Program-made: the position numbers and the translations under genes
Shown: positions 40,355-49,592 of the stretch, in pieces
Layout: each line of letters begins with the position of its first letter
How positions within the stretch are numbered: position 1 is the stretch's first letter
Notes under the pieces: model-generated
The model's database searches: none
What the model saw: the letters and a program-made list of their open reading frames with translations, nothing else
Told to the model about the DNA's origin: nothing
NCBI GenBank assembly: GCA_963779415.1
Contig: CAVZYA010000002.1
Coordinates: 64,001 to 128,000, forward strand
From: an uncultured Acidobacteriota bacterium
Lineage (GTDB): Bacteria > Acidobacteriota > Thermoanaerobaculia > UBA5066
Length of the DNA stretch: 64,000 nucleotides
Direction: 5' to 3'

Positions 40355-41587
40355 CTACGCCGCCCGCGGGCGGCGCTTCCACCAGATGTAGGGGCGGGCG
40401 AGCGCCCGGATGGCGGTGAGCTTGGCCTCGTAGATCTTCGAGGAGAAGGAGGGGGGCGCGAGGTCCGCCGTCTCCTCCGGCTGGACGACGAGCGACACCT
40501 GGATCTCCGGAAAGACGCCGATGGGGAGCCCCGCGCGCTTGACCGACTCCCAGAGGTGGGCGAAGACATCCTTCATTGCCTCGGGATCCGGGGGCGGCGT
40601 CCTCTCCATCTCGCTTCCGACCGTGGGCCGGAAGATGCAAACGGTCGGGAAGGCTCCGGCGCTCACGATCCGGTCGATGCCACGCTTGGTCGCCTCGATC
40701 GGCTCGGGCCCCGCGATGATCTCGCCCGAGGTCTTTCCCGCGCCGAGCTTCTTCGACGTGTACTCCATCGCGTCGAAGAACGCCTTCTGCCCGAGCGTCT
40801 GTGCCTTGCCGGGGCAGATGCGCGCGAAGACCTCCGGGTCCTCGAACTCGTAGCAGAAGGAGAAATGGTCGGTCCCGGCCTCGATGAGGTCGTCGTACTC
40901 GCGGTAGAGCTCCTTCGGCACCGGGACGGCCTGGACCCCGATGAAGCCGCCGACGCGCGCACGGACGGCGCGGACGAACGGCTCGCACTGTCTCAGGCCG
41001 TGGAGATTCTCGAGGTTTGGCTTGTCCTCGAAGTGATAGCCGGTATTCAGGTGCGTGAAGATCGATCCCGAGCGGTCGCGCGCGGCGAGCGCCGTCTCGA
41101 CGACGTCCTCGACCTTCTTGCGCGACTCCTCGGCCTCGCCGACGTTCCGCCCCGTCGTGCAGAACTTGCAGGCGGGCGCGGCCGGGATCGACCAGTAGAG
41201 GCAGGAGTTCGAGACGTAGATGCCGAGATAGGTCCCCTGCAGGACGCCGACGCGGCTCATCGGGGTTCCCGCGGACGTCGTCCACGAGTACCACTCCGGC
41301 TCGGGAGGGACCTCGACGGGGTAATGCGATCCATCCCGCGCGTCGGCCACGGCCCAGCCGCCGCCCGCGCGCGTCAGGAGAAACGGGGACGACTCCGCGA
41401 AGGACTCGATGACCGGGACGTTCACCCAGATCTTCTTCCTCGGCGACGGGAGGACCAGCTCGAGTCCCGAGCCGAGGCCGGCCCGGGTCCGGGCAATCCG
41501 GCGCGCCGCCTCCTCGACGTGCGCGACCGGGTCGACCCTCATGCCGCGACAGAACAGTTCGATTTCCAGCTCGACGGGTTTCAGCAC
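40355..41587 (-). CDS. Radical SAM protein, MSMEG_0568-like, with Cx10Cx2C motif
   Basis: RTRAGLGSG, SPF.L, P.WY..TTS.G.PM, CLYWSIPAAPACKFC, ICPGKA, FRPT.G. Confidence 0.8.
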   Translation of the reverse strand: MLKPVELEIELFCRGMRVDPVAHVEEAARRIARTRAGLGSGLELVLPSPRKKIWVNVPVIESFAESSPFLLTRAGGGWAVADARDGSHYPVEVPPEPEWYSWTTSAGTPMSRVGVLQGTYLGIYVSNSCLYWSIPAAPACKFCTTGRNVGEAEESRKKVEDVVETALAARDRSGSIFTHLNTGYHFEDKPNLENLHGLRQCEPFVRAVRARVGGFIGVQAVPVPKELYREYDDLIEAGTDHFSFCYEFEDPEVFARICPGKAQTLGQKAFFDAMEYTSKKLGAGKTSGEIIAGPEPIEATKRGIDRIVSAGAFPTVCIFRPTVGSEMERTPPPDPEAMKDVFAHLWESVKRAGLPIGVFPEIQVSLVVQPEETADLAPPSFSSKIYEAKLTAIRALARPYIWWKRRPRAA

Positions 41588-41647
41588 GTCTTTCCCCCCG
41601 GCGCACGTCCCGCGCGCCGGCACGGATGGTACTCCCGCTCCGGTCGG

Positions 41648-41703
41648 CGATGCCGATGTCTCAACCGCGGGAAAAGCCCCACTCGATCAGGGATTTTGCC
41701 CGC
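41648..41703. promoter_or_regulatory. Motif A site (41648-41663) plus inverted pair of GAAAAG boxes (41667-41703)
   Basis: CGATGCCGATGTCTCA; GCGGGAAAAGCCCC...GGGATTTTGCCCGC. Confidence 0.45.
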
Positions 41704-41734
41704 CATCCGGCCCCGAGACCCCTGAAACCGCCCC

Positions 41735-41757
41735 TGATGCGTTGGCATCGCCCTTGC
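41735..41757 (+). promoter_or_regulatory. sigma54 promoter TTGGCATCGCCCTTGC (41742-41757) overlapped by motif A (TGATGCGTTGGCATCG, 41735-41750)
   Basis: Near-perfect TGGCAY-N5-TTGC about 40 bp upstream of the ATG. Confidence 0.7.
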
Positions 41758-41795
41758 CCCCGTTTTCGATATTGGCGAAGGGAGGGTTGACGCTC

Positions 41796-42458
41796 ATGAC
41801 GCCGGCAACTTATGACGTGACCGACAGGCGGGAGGTTCTCCAGGCCCTTGCGGACGGAACACCCGCCGCTTTTGCGACCGATCAGGACGATCGGATCGTC
41901 TTCTGGAACTCGGGCGCCGTCCGGCTTCTCAACCGGGAACCGGACGAGGTTCTCGGACGGAGGGCGCACCGCGTCTTCAAGGAACGCGACCTCTTCGTCC
42001 ATGGGCTTCGCGGCATGAACGTCACCCTCTTGATGATTCCGGGACGGCGCAGCCATCTCTTCACCGTGGTCCACATCCTCCAGGCTCTCGACGACCAGGA
42101 CCTTCCGTCGACCGCCCGTCAGTCTCTCTCCAACTCCTCGTCCTCCTCTTTACGTTCCTTCGCCCCTCCCGTCCCCCTCCGGCTCGCCGTCCCGGATCGT
42201 CCTCCTCTCACCTGTCGCGAGCGGCAGATCCTCGAGCTGATCGCCACCGGCCTCCAGAACAAGGAGGTCGCGCGCGAGCTCTCGATCAGCTCCGTGACGG
42301 TGCGCAATCACGTCCAGAACATCCTCGCGAAGCTGGATGTCCACTCGAAGCTGGAGGCCGTCTCCCTGGCCTACCGCCGGGCGTGGGTTTCGAGCCCGAT
42401 GCGTGGCGCTGCGCCGCCACCTCCGGTCGGTCTCGCGTTCTCGGGCGCGATCGCCTAG
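41796..42458 (+). CDS. PAS + LuxR/NarL-type HTH transcriptional regulator
   Basis: RIVFWNSGAVRLL..EPDEVLGR; LTCRERQIL.LIATGLQNKEVAREL.IS..TVRNHVQNILAKL. Confidence 0.9.
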   Translation: MTPATYDVTDRREVLQALADGTPAAFATDQDDRIVFWNSGAVRLLNREPDEVLGRRAHRVFKERDLFVHGLRGMNVTLLMIPGRRSHLFTVVHILQALDDQDLPSTARQSLSNSSSSSLRSFAPPVPLRLAVPDRPPLTCRERQILELIATGLQNKEVARELSISSVTVRNHVQNILAKLDVHSKLEAVSLAYRRAWVSSPMRGAAPPPPVGLAFSGAIA

Positions 42459-44167
42459 GGCCGAGAAAGCGGCAGCTCCACGACGGCGTCCGTCCCTCCG
42501 CCGGAGGGCGTCGCCAGCGTGAGGGTGCCGCCGTGCGCCTCGACGAGGCGCCGCGCGATCGAGAGGCCGAGCCCCGTTCCGCGATGTTTCGTCGTGAAGA
42601 AGGGCTCGAAGACCTTCTCGCCGAGGTCGGGAGGGATGCCGGGGCCTCCGTCGCGGACGACGACGCGGCAACGCCCCGCATCCGGGACGATGGTCACGCC
42701 GAGCGGTCCTTTTCCTCCGGTCGCCTGCGCCCCGTTGAGGAGCAGGTTGTGGAAAACGTCCCGGAGTAAGTCCGTGTCGGCCGCGAGCGTCACTTCCGGC
42801 CCCTCCACGGGGATCTCGAGGCCGGCGCACGAGGGGTCCGACGCGAGGAGCGCCGCGGTCTCCCGGAGGAGAGAACGGAGGGGAAAGCGCGAGAAGCGCG
42901 GCTCGCGAGGACGGGCGAACTCGAGGAGGTCCTGCACGAGGGCGTTCAGCCCCTTCAGCCGCTCGAGGACTTCGGTGAGGATCTCGCGGTCGGACGCCCC
43001 GGCGGGAAGACGGTCACGAAGGACCTGAATCGCCCCGCCGATCCCGGCGAGCGGATTCTTCACCTCGTGCGCGACGACGGCGGCCATCGTCCCGAGGCGC
43101 GCGAGCGCCTCTTGCAGCACGAGCTTCTCCTCGGCTTCCTTCCGCTCGGTCACGTCCACGGAGACGGCCACGGCTCCGACGACCGCGCCCCCCTGCCCGC
43201 GGAGCGGGACGTAGTGGTTTTCCCACCGGCGGCCTCCCGCCTTTCCGCCCGCCGTGAACGCCTCGCCCTGAAGGACGCGCCGCGTCTGCTCGACGACCCA
43301 TTCCTCCGATCCGAAAAGGGAGACGACGGACCGGCCCGCAAGGTCGCCGGCACCGGCCCCGAGGGCGGTGAGCAGCTCGCCGTCCGCGAAGGTGATCCGG
43401 CCGTCGGCGTCGAGGCGGAGGAGGAGGACCGGCGCGTTCCGCAGGACGAAGGCGAGGCGCTCCTCGGCCGCCTTCCGCCTCGAGATGTTGTGCGCAATGG
43501 TCGAGGCGCCGGTGATCCGGCCGTCCGCGTCACGGATCGGCGAGATGCGGAGGGAGACCCATGCCTCGCTCCCATCCGGCCGAAGCCGCCGCATCTCGAT
43601 CTTCTCCAGCGTCTCGCCAGCCGCGATCCGCGCGAGAAGCCCTTCGACGTCGCGCTCGCCGGCCGGAACCAGCTCCCGGAGCCGTTGCCCCACGACGGAG
43701 GCCGCGGAGACGCCGAAGAGCCGCTCGGCGCCGGCGTTGAAGCTCGTGACCGTCCCGTCCAGCGTTGTCCCGAGAATGGCCTCGTCGGAAGACTTCACGA
43801 TCGCCGAGAGGTGCTCGATGACCAGATCGCGGCGCTTTCTCCACGTGATGGCTGCCGCGAGAGCCCAGAGGATCGCAACGGCGCTCGCGCGGTTCACCAG
43901 GACGACGGCGAGCGGGACGGCGAGGCGCCCCGACACGACGACGTCGATCAGGATGAGGAGCGTCGCCGCCGAGGCGGCCATGACGGAGTAACGGGCTCCC
44001 GGGACCCAGAGGCCGAGAAGGACCGGAATCGCGTAGAGGATCCCGTCCAGATAGCCGAGGGGGGTCAGGAGGTCTCCGACGAAGACGGCGACGAGCGTCA
44101 GGATCCCGACGACGCCGGTGGCGAAGCGTCTCGGGCTTGCAGGGGTACCCGTCGGAAGGTCGCTCAC
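42455..44167 (-). CDS. Membrane sensor histidine kinase with two PAS domains
   Basis: About 4 TMs; PAS (AIVKSSDEAI...FNAGAERLFG); AHEVKNPL H-box, N-box, DGGPG, FEPFFTTK, GTGLGL; start approximate. Confidence 0.92.
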   Translation of the reverse strand: MSDLPTGTPASPRRFATGVVGILTLVAVFVGDLLTPLGYLDGILYAIPVLLGLWVPGARYSVMAASAATLLILIDVVVSGRLAVPLAVVLVNRASAVAILWALAAAITWRKRRDLVIEHLSAIVKSSDEAILGTTLDGTVTSFNAGAERLFGVSAASVVGQRLRELVPAGERDVEGLLARIAAGETLEKIEMRRLRPDGSEAWVSLRISPIRDADGRITGASTIAHNISRRKAAEERLAFVLRNAPVLLLRLDADGRITFADGELLTALGAGAGDLAGRSVVSLFGSEEWVVEQTRRVLQGEAFTAGGKAGGRRWENHYVPLRGQGGAVVGAVAVSVDVTERKEAEEKLVLQEALARLGTMAAVVAHEVKNPLAGIGGAIQVLRDRLPAGASDREILTEVLERLKGLNALVQDLLEFARPREPRFSRFPLRSLLRETAALLASDPSCAGLEIPVEGPEVTLAADTDLLRDVFHNLLLNGAQATGGKGPLGVTIVPDAGRCRVVVRDGGPGIPPDLGEKVFEPFFTTKHRGTGLGLSIARRLVEAHGGTLTLATPSGGGTDAVVELPLSRP

Positions 44168-44194
44168 GGGAGACAGGAGGGATCGTACCGGTTC

Positions 44195-44210
44195 GGGTAT
44201 GGATCCTGCA
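44195..44210 (+). promoter_or_regulatory. Possible sigma54 promoter GGGTATGGATCCTGCA
   Basis: GG-N10-GC spacing upstream of the receiver/activator operon. Confidence 0.35.
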
Positions 44211-44239
44211 CGCACCCCGGTGGAGGAGTTTGTTCGATC

Positions 44240-44623
44240 GTGCCCGCGAAATCCGGCTCCCCGAAACCTCGACTCCTCGTCGCGGATGAAGACCGGCTGC
44301 TCCGCTGGTCGCTCCGGGAGAAGTTCGCCTCGGCGGGGTGGGAGGTCCTCGAGGCCGGGGAGGGCCTTGCGGCGCTCGACCTCCTCGCTCCGGGGCGGCT
44401 TGACCTCGCGCTCGTGGCGGTCTCGCTTCCGGACCTCGACGGCGCCGCGCTCGCGGCCCGGCTCTTCGCAGCGCATCCCGGTGCCCGGATCGTCCTGATG
44501 ACGTCGGCCGAGCGCTCCGGGGCCGTCGCGTCCTGGGCCGGCGGCTGGCCTCTCGTGGAGAAACCGTTCGACCTTGACGAGCTGGTCGCGTGGGCGTCGT
44601 CCTTCCACGCCGCTTCGAGATAA
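44240..44623 (+). CDS. Single-domain receiver lacking the phospho-acceptor Asp
   Basis: GGAGGAG RBS; LLVADED, DLALVAVSLPDLDG (Asp replaced by Ala), LMTS, EKPFDL. Confidence 0.8.
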   Translation: MPAKSGSPKPRLLVADEDRLLRWSLREKFASAGWEVLEAGEGLAALDLLAPGRLDLALVAVSLPDLDGAALAARLFAAHPGARIVLMTSAERSGAVASWAGGWPLVEKPFDLDELVAWASSFHAASR

Positions 44624-44630
44624 TGGCGGG

Positions 44631-46004
44631 ATGGCCCGTCCCAGGATCCTGGTCGTCGACGACGAGCGTCTGATCCGCTGGACTCTTCGCGAGCGGCTCG
44701 AGGAAGCGGGCTACGCCGTCGTGGAAGCCGGGACGGGGACGGAAGCGCTGGCCCTCGCGGACGAGGGGGCGGATCTCGTCCTGCTCGACTTCCGGCTCCC
44801 GGATCTCGACGGACTCGAGGTGCTGAGGCAGCTCCGCGACCGGCACGCGGAGATGATCGTCATCCTCATCACGGCCCTCGCGACCGTCGAGAACGCCGTC
44901 GAGGCGATGAAGCGGGGGGCGTGGCACTATCTCAACAAGCCGATCGACCTCGACGAGCTTCTTCTCCTCGTCGGGAAAGCCCTCGAGACGACCCGCCTGC
45001 GCCGGGAGGTGAAGAGCCTCAAGGCGAAGGAATCGGCGGGCTACTCCTTCGACCGGATCATCGGAGAGTCGGGGGCGATGCGCGCCGCCAAGGAGCTGCT
45101 CCGGAAGATCGCGCTCTCCCCGGCCTCCACCGTCCTTCTCGTCGGGGAAAGCGGCACCGGGAAGGACCTCGCCGCGAAGGTGATCCATTACGAGAGCGCG
45201 CGCGCCGACGGCGTCTTCCAGAACATCACCTGCTCGGCGCTTCCCGAATCGCTCCTCGAAAGCGAGCTCTTCGGGCACGAACGGGGCGCCTTCACCGACG
45301 CCAAGCAGCAGAAGCCGGGCCTTCTCGAGCAGGCGGACGGCGGGACGGTCTTCCTCGACGAGATCGGTGAGATGACCCCTGCCCTCCAGGCGAAGCTTCT
45401 CCGGTTCCTGGAAGAGAAGACCTTCCGGCGCGTCGGAGGGACGGCCGATCTTCAGGTCGACGTCCGTGTCGTCGCGGCGACGAACCGGAATCTCGAGGAG
45501 CACGTCCGCTCCGAGCGCTTCCGCGAGGACCTCTACTACAGGCTCCGCGTCCTGCCGGTGACGTTGCCGCCGCTCCGCGAGCGGACGGGCGACGTCGCCC
45601 TTCTCGCGTCGCACTTCGTCTCGCAGTACGCGCGCGAGTTCCGGAAAGGGGTCTGGGGGCTGACGGCCGACGCGATCCGGCGTCTCGAGGCGTACGGCTG
45701 GCCCGGGAACGTCCGCGAGCTCAAGAACGCGGTGGAGAGAGCCGTCCTTCTGGCCGAGGGGGAGAGGCTCCTCCCGGAGGACTTTCTCCTCGGTACCGCC
45801 GGCGGAGGTGCCGCCGACGCGTTCAGGCTTCCTCCCGCGGGCGTCGACCTCGAAGAGCTGGAGCGGGACCTCGTCGTCCAGGCGCTCCGGCGGACGGGCG
45901 GCAACCAGACGCAGGCGGCGAAGCTTCTCCGCCTGAACCGCGACCAGATCCGTTACCGGGTCGAGAAGTTCGGACTCGAGAAGCCGGAGCCGTCCGGCCG
46001 CTGA
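44631..46004 (+). CDS. sigma54-dependent response regulator (NtrC/AtoC family)
   Basis: Receiver DLVLLD; GESGTGKD; ESELFGHERGAFTDA; FLDEIGE; WPGNVREL; Fis-type HTH. Confidence 0.95.
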   Translation: MARPRILVVDDERLIRWTLRERLEEAGYAVVEAGTGTEALALADEGADLVLLDFRLPDLDGLEVLRQLRDRHAEMIVILITALATVENAVEAMKRGAWHYLNKPIDLDELLLLVGKALETTRLRREVKSLKAKESAGYSFDRIIGESGAMRAAKELLRKIALSPASTVLLVGESGTGKDLAAKVIHYESARADGVFQNITCSALPESLLESELFGHERGAFTDAKQQKPGLLEQADGGTVFLDEIGEMTPALQAKLLRFLEEKTFRRVGGTADLQVDVRVVAATNRNLEEHVRSERFREDLYYRLRVLPVTLPPLRERTGDVALLASHFVSQYAREFRKGVWGLTADAIRRLEAYGWPGNVRELKNAVERAVLLAEGERLLPEDFLLGTAGGGAADAFRLPPAGVDLEELERDLVVQALRRTGGNQTQAAKLLRLNRDQIRYRVEKFGLEKPEPSGR

Positions 46005-46058
46005 CGTGCCGGCTTTTCCGCTGCCGCGACGACGGCCGGGAAGAGCAGAATCGACGCC

Positions 46059-47840
46059 ATGAGCCGACTCGACCCGCACTCGTACACCGACGGCGCTCAG
46101 CCGCGCGTGACCCACCTCGGACTCGACCTCGCCGCCGATTTCGACCGCCGCGTCCTGTCCGGAACGGCCGTCCTCACGCTCGCGTCTCCCGCGGACGGGG
46201 CGCTCGACCTCGACACGAAGGGGCTCAGGGTCCACGAGGTACGGACCGAGAGCGGCGGCGCCGTGGCATTCGCCCTCGCCGACGAGGAGCCGATTCTCGG
46301 CCGGAAGCTCTCCCTCCAGCTCCCCTCGGGGACACGGCGCATCGCGATCCGGTACGAGACCTCGCCGGAAGCCGTCGCCCTCCAGTGGCTCGACCCTGCA
46401 CAGACCGCCGGGGGGAAGCATCCTTTTCTCTACAGCCAGTGCCAGGCGATCCACGCGCGGACGGTGATCCCGCTCCCGGACACGCCCGCCCGCCGCCTCA
46501 CCTACAGCGCGGCCCTGACCCTTCCCGAGCCTCTCTCGGCCGTCATGTCGGCGGGCCCGGCCGGGGAGCGCCCCGGGGCGCGCCGCGGGACGCGGACGTA
46601 CGGCTTCGAGATGCCGCAGCCGATCCCGACCTATCTTCTCGCCCTCGCCGCGGGGCGGCTCGCCGCCCGCGACCTCTCGCCGCGCTCACGCGTCCACGCC
46701 GAGCCCGAAATCGTGGAGCGCGCGGCGCGGGAGTTCGACGGCGTCGAGACGATGATCCGGACGGCCGAGGGGCTCTTCGGCCCCTACGTCTGGGACCGGT
46801 ACGACATGCTCGTCCTCCCTCCCTCCTTTCCCTACGGCGGGATGGAGAACCCGCGGATGACGTTCCTGACGCCGACGGTGATCGCGGGGGACCGCTCGCT
46901 CGTCGACGTCGTCGCGCACGAGCTTTCCCACTCCTGGACGGGGAACCTCGTCACGAACGCGACGATGGACCACTTCTGGCTGAACGAGGGGGCGACGACG
47001 TGGGCCGAGCGGCGGATCCTCGAGGCTCTGCACGGACCCGACGTCGCGCTCCTCTCCTGGGCGGCCGGCGAGACGGCGCTCTCGCTCGCCTTCGAGCGTT
47101 TCGGGGCCGGGTCGCCCCTGACGAAGCTCCGGACCGACCTTTCGGGCGTCGATCCGGACGAGGCTTTTTCCTCGATCCCGTACGAGAAGGGGGCGCGCTT
47201 CTTCGCCCTCCTCGAGCGGACGACGGGGCGCGAGCGGTTCGACCGCTTCATCGCCGACTACATCGCGCGATTCCGTTTCACGTCGATCACGTCGGAGACG
47301 TTCGTCGCCTTCCTCGACGAGAAGCTCCCGGGCCTCTCGAAGGAGATCCGGGCGGACGACTGGCTCTACGGGACCGGCCTTCCGGCGAACGCGCCCGCCT
47401 TCCATTCGGCGCGCCTTTCGGAGCTCAAGGAGCTCGGGGCCCGCTTCGCCGCCGGGCCGCGGACGGATCGGGCGACGCTCTCGCGCTTTTCGCCGGCCGA
47501 GATGCTCGTCTTCCTCCAGCACGTCCCGCGACCGCTCCCGCCGAGGGGTGCGGCCGATCTCGAAGCGCTCACGGGGTTCCTCGGACAGGGAAACCACGAG
47601 CTTCTCGTCGAGGGGCTGACGATCGCGGCCGCCTCGGACTGGGAGCCCGCCTTCCCGAGGATCCGCGAAGTCCTCGCCTCGGTCGGCCGGATGAAGTACC
47701 TCCGCCCGCTCTACAAGGCGCTCGGCGCCTCGTCCCGGACGCGGGCGCTCGCCCGTGAGATCTTCGGGGAGGCGCGGCCCCGCTATCACGCCCTTTCTCG
47801 CCGCGTCGTCGAGTCGGCTCTCGAGGCCTGGCCGTCATGA
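46059..47840 (+). CDS. M1 family aminopeptidase (leukotriene A4 hydrolase-like)
   Basis: YGGMEN, HELSHSW...WLNEG, YEKG, GRMKYLRPLY. Confidence 0.93.
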   Translation: MSRLDPHSYTDGAQPRVTHLGLDLAADFDRRVLSGTAVLTLASPADGALDLDTKGLRVHEVRTESGGAVAFALADEEPILGRKLSLQLPSGTRRIAIRYETSPEAVALQWLDPAQTAGGKHPFLYSQCQAIHARTVIPLPDTPARRLTYSAALTLPEPLSAVMSAGPAGERPGARRGTRTYGFEMPQPIPTYLLALAAGRLAARDLSPRSRVHAEPEIVERAAREFDGVETMIRTAEGLFGPYVWDRYDMLVLPPSFPYGGMENPRMTFLTPTVIAGDRSLVDVVAHELSHSWTGNLVTNATMDHFWLNEGATTWAERRILEALHGPDVALLSWAAGETALSLAFERFGAGSPLTKLRTDLSGVDPDEAFSSIPYEKGARFFALLERTTGRERFDRFIADYIARFRFTSITSETFVAFLDEKLPGLSKEIRADDWLYGTGLPANAPAFHSARLSELKELGARFAAGPRTDRATLSRFSPAEMLVFLQHVPRPLPPRGAADLEALTGFLGQGNHELLVEGLTIAAASDWEPAFPRIREVLASVGRMKYLRPLYKALGASSRTRALAREIFGEARPRYHALSRRVVESALEAWPS

Positions 47841-49474
47841 GCGCTGCGGCGGAGAATCTCACGCGGCTTCTCGCGGCGAGCCTCGCCGCGAATGCGGAGC
47901 GCCCCGCCTTCACGGACGACGGCGAGGGGACGCTCACGTACGGCGAAGTCGCCTCGCGCGTGGCCCGCCTCCACGCCCTCTTCCGCGCCCTCCACGTGAA
48001 GAGGGGGGACAGGATCGCCCTCCTCGGACGGAACTCGTCGGCATGGGCCACCGTCTACCTCTCGGCGCTCTCGTACGGGGCGGCCGTCGTTCCGATTCTT
48101 CCCGACTTCAAGCGCGAGGACGTCCAGCACATCGTCCGGCACTCGGACGCGGTCCTCCTCTTCGTCCAGGAGACCCTCGCCTCCGGCCTCGAGTACGACC
48201 GGATGCCGGAGCTCTCCGCGACGATCTCGCTCGAGTCGTTCCGGCTCCTTTTCGCCGCGCGCGACCGGACCGCACGCGCCGCCGAGGCCGCCCTCGCCGC
48301 CCCTGCCGGCGCTCCGGTCTTCGAGGAGATCCCGCTCTCCGAGACCGCAGCCATCGTCTACACCTCGGGGACGACCGGCTTCTCGAAGGGGGTCGTACTC
48401 CCCCACGAGAGCCTCCTCGTGAACATCCAGTTCGCGATGCGGCACATGCCGCTTGCGGCCGGCGACACGATCGTTTCGTTTCTCCCGCTCGCGCATGCCT
48501 TCGGCTGCGCTTTCGAGTTCCTCTTTCCCTTCGCCGCGGGGTGTCATGTCACCTTCGTGAACCAGCTTCCAGCGCCGGCCGTCCTGCTCCGCGTCTTCCA
48601 GAGGGTCCGCCCGCGACTCATCCTCTCGGTTCCGCTCGTCCTCGAGAAGATCTACCGCAAGCAGATCCGCCCCCTCCTCGACCGGCCGGTCCCGCGCCTT
48701 CTCCTCCGGGTCCCGCTCCTCCGGAGACGGCTCGGCGCGCGCGTGAAGGCGAAGCTCTCGGCAGCCTTCGGCGGGAACTTCCGCGAGATCGTCGTCGGCG
48801 GCGCCGCGCTCTCGCCGGAGGTCGAGTCCTTCCTGATGGAGATCGGGTTCCCCCTGACGGTGGGTTACGGGATGACGGAGTGCGGACCGCTCATCAGCTA
48901 CGCGGCGTGGTCGGAGCACCGGGCCGGGGCGGTCGGACGGATCATCGACACCCTCGAGGCCCGGATCGACTCGCCCGACCCAAGGAAGGTCCCGGGCGAG
49001 GTCCTCGTTCGCGGCCGGAGCCTCTTTGCCGGCTATCACAAGAACCCCGAGGCGACGCGCGAGGCAATCGACGCCTCCGGCTGGCTTCGGACCGGCGATC
49101 TCGGCCTTCTCGACGAGGGCGGGTTCCTGACGCTCAAGGGACGCGAAAAGACGATGCTCCTCGGCGCCTCGGGGCAAAACATCTACCCCGAGGAGATCGA
49201 GGCGAAGCTGAACGCGCTCCCCTTCGTCGGCGAGTCGCTCGTCCTCGAGAAAGGGGGGCGCCTCGTCGCCCTCGTCTATCCCGACCTCGAACGGGTCGAC
49301 GCGGAGCACGTCTCCGAGTCGGAACTCGCCCGGAAGATGGAGGAGAACCGCGCGGTACTGAACGCTCTTCTCCCTCCTTACGCCGCCGTCTCGAGACTCG
49401 ACCTCTGGCCCGAGGAGTTCATCAAGACGCCGACCCGGAAGATCAAGCGCTTTCTTTACACGCTCCCCTCCTGA
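47837..49474 (+). CDS. Long-chain acyl-CoA synthetase (AMP-binding)
   Basis: YTSGTTGFSKG, GYGMTE, TGDLG, GQNIYPEEIE. Confidence 0.92.
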   Translation: MSAAAENLTRLLAASLAANAERPAFTDDGEGTLTYGEVASRVARLHALFRALHVKRGDRIALLGRNSSAWATVYLSALSYGAAVVPILPDFKREDVQHIVRHSDAVLLFVQETLASGLEYDRMPELSATISLESFRLLFAARDRTARAAEAALAAPAGAPVFEEIPLSETAAIVYTSGTTGFSKGVVLPHESLLVNIQFAMRHMPLAAGDTIVSFLPLAHAFGCAFEFLFPFAAGCHVTFVNQLPAPAVLLRVFQRVRPRLILSVPLVLEKIYRKQIRPLLDRPVPRLLLRVPLLRRRLGARVKAKLSAAFGGNFREIVVGGAALSPEVESFLMEIGFPLTVGYGMTECGPLISYAAWSEHRAGAVGRIIDTLEARIDSPDPRKVPGEVLVRGRSLFAGYHKNPEATREAIDASGWLRTGDLGLLDEGGFLTLKGREKTMLLGASGQNIYPEEIEAKLNALPFVGESLVLEKGGRLVALVYPDLERVDAEHVSESELARKMEENRAVLNALLPPYAAVSRLDLWPEEFIKTPTRKIKRFLYTLPS

Positions 49475-49497
49475 GGCGGCGGCGCCCGGGCCCGGGC

Positions 49498-49554
49498 GCG
49501 AAAAGTTCCGGATCGAACGGGGAAAAGCCCCGCAGAGGCCGGCGAAAAGCCTGC
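49498..49554. promoter_or_regulatory. Three direct GSGAAAAGY boxes with exact 22-bp period (motif B)
   Basis: AAAA tracts start at 49501, 49523 and 49545. Confidence 0.6.
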
Positions 49555-49561
49555 AGACAGC

Positions 49562-49578
49562 CCGGCCCGCCCCTTGCA
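49562..49578 (+). promoter_or_regulatory. sigma54-like promoter CCGGCCCGCCCCTTGCA
   Basis: GG-N10-GC with TTGCA. Confidence 0.45.
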
Positions 49579-49592
49579 CGCGACATCGACAG

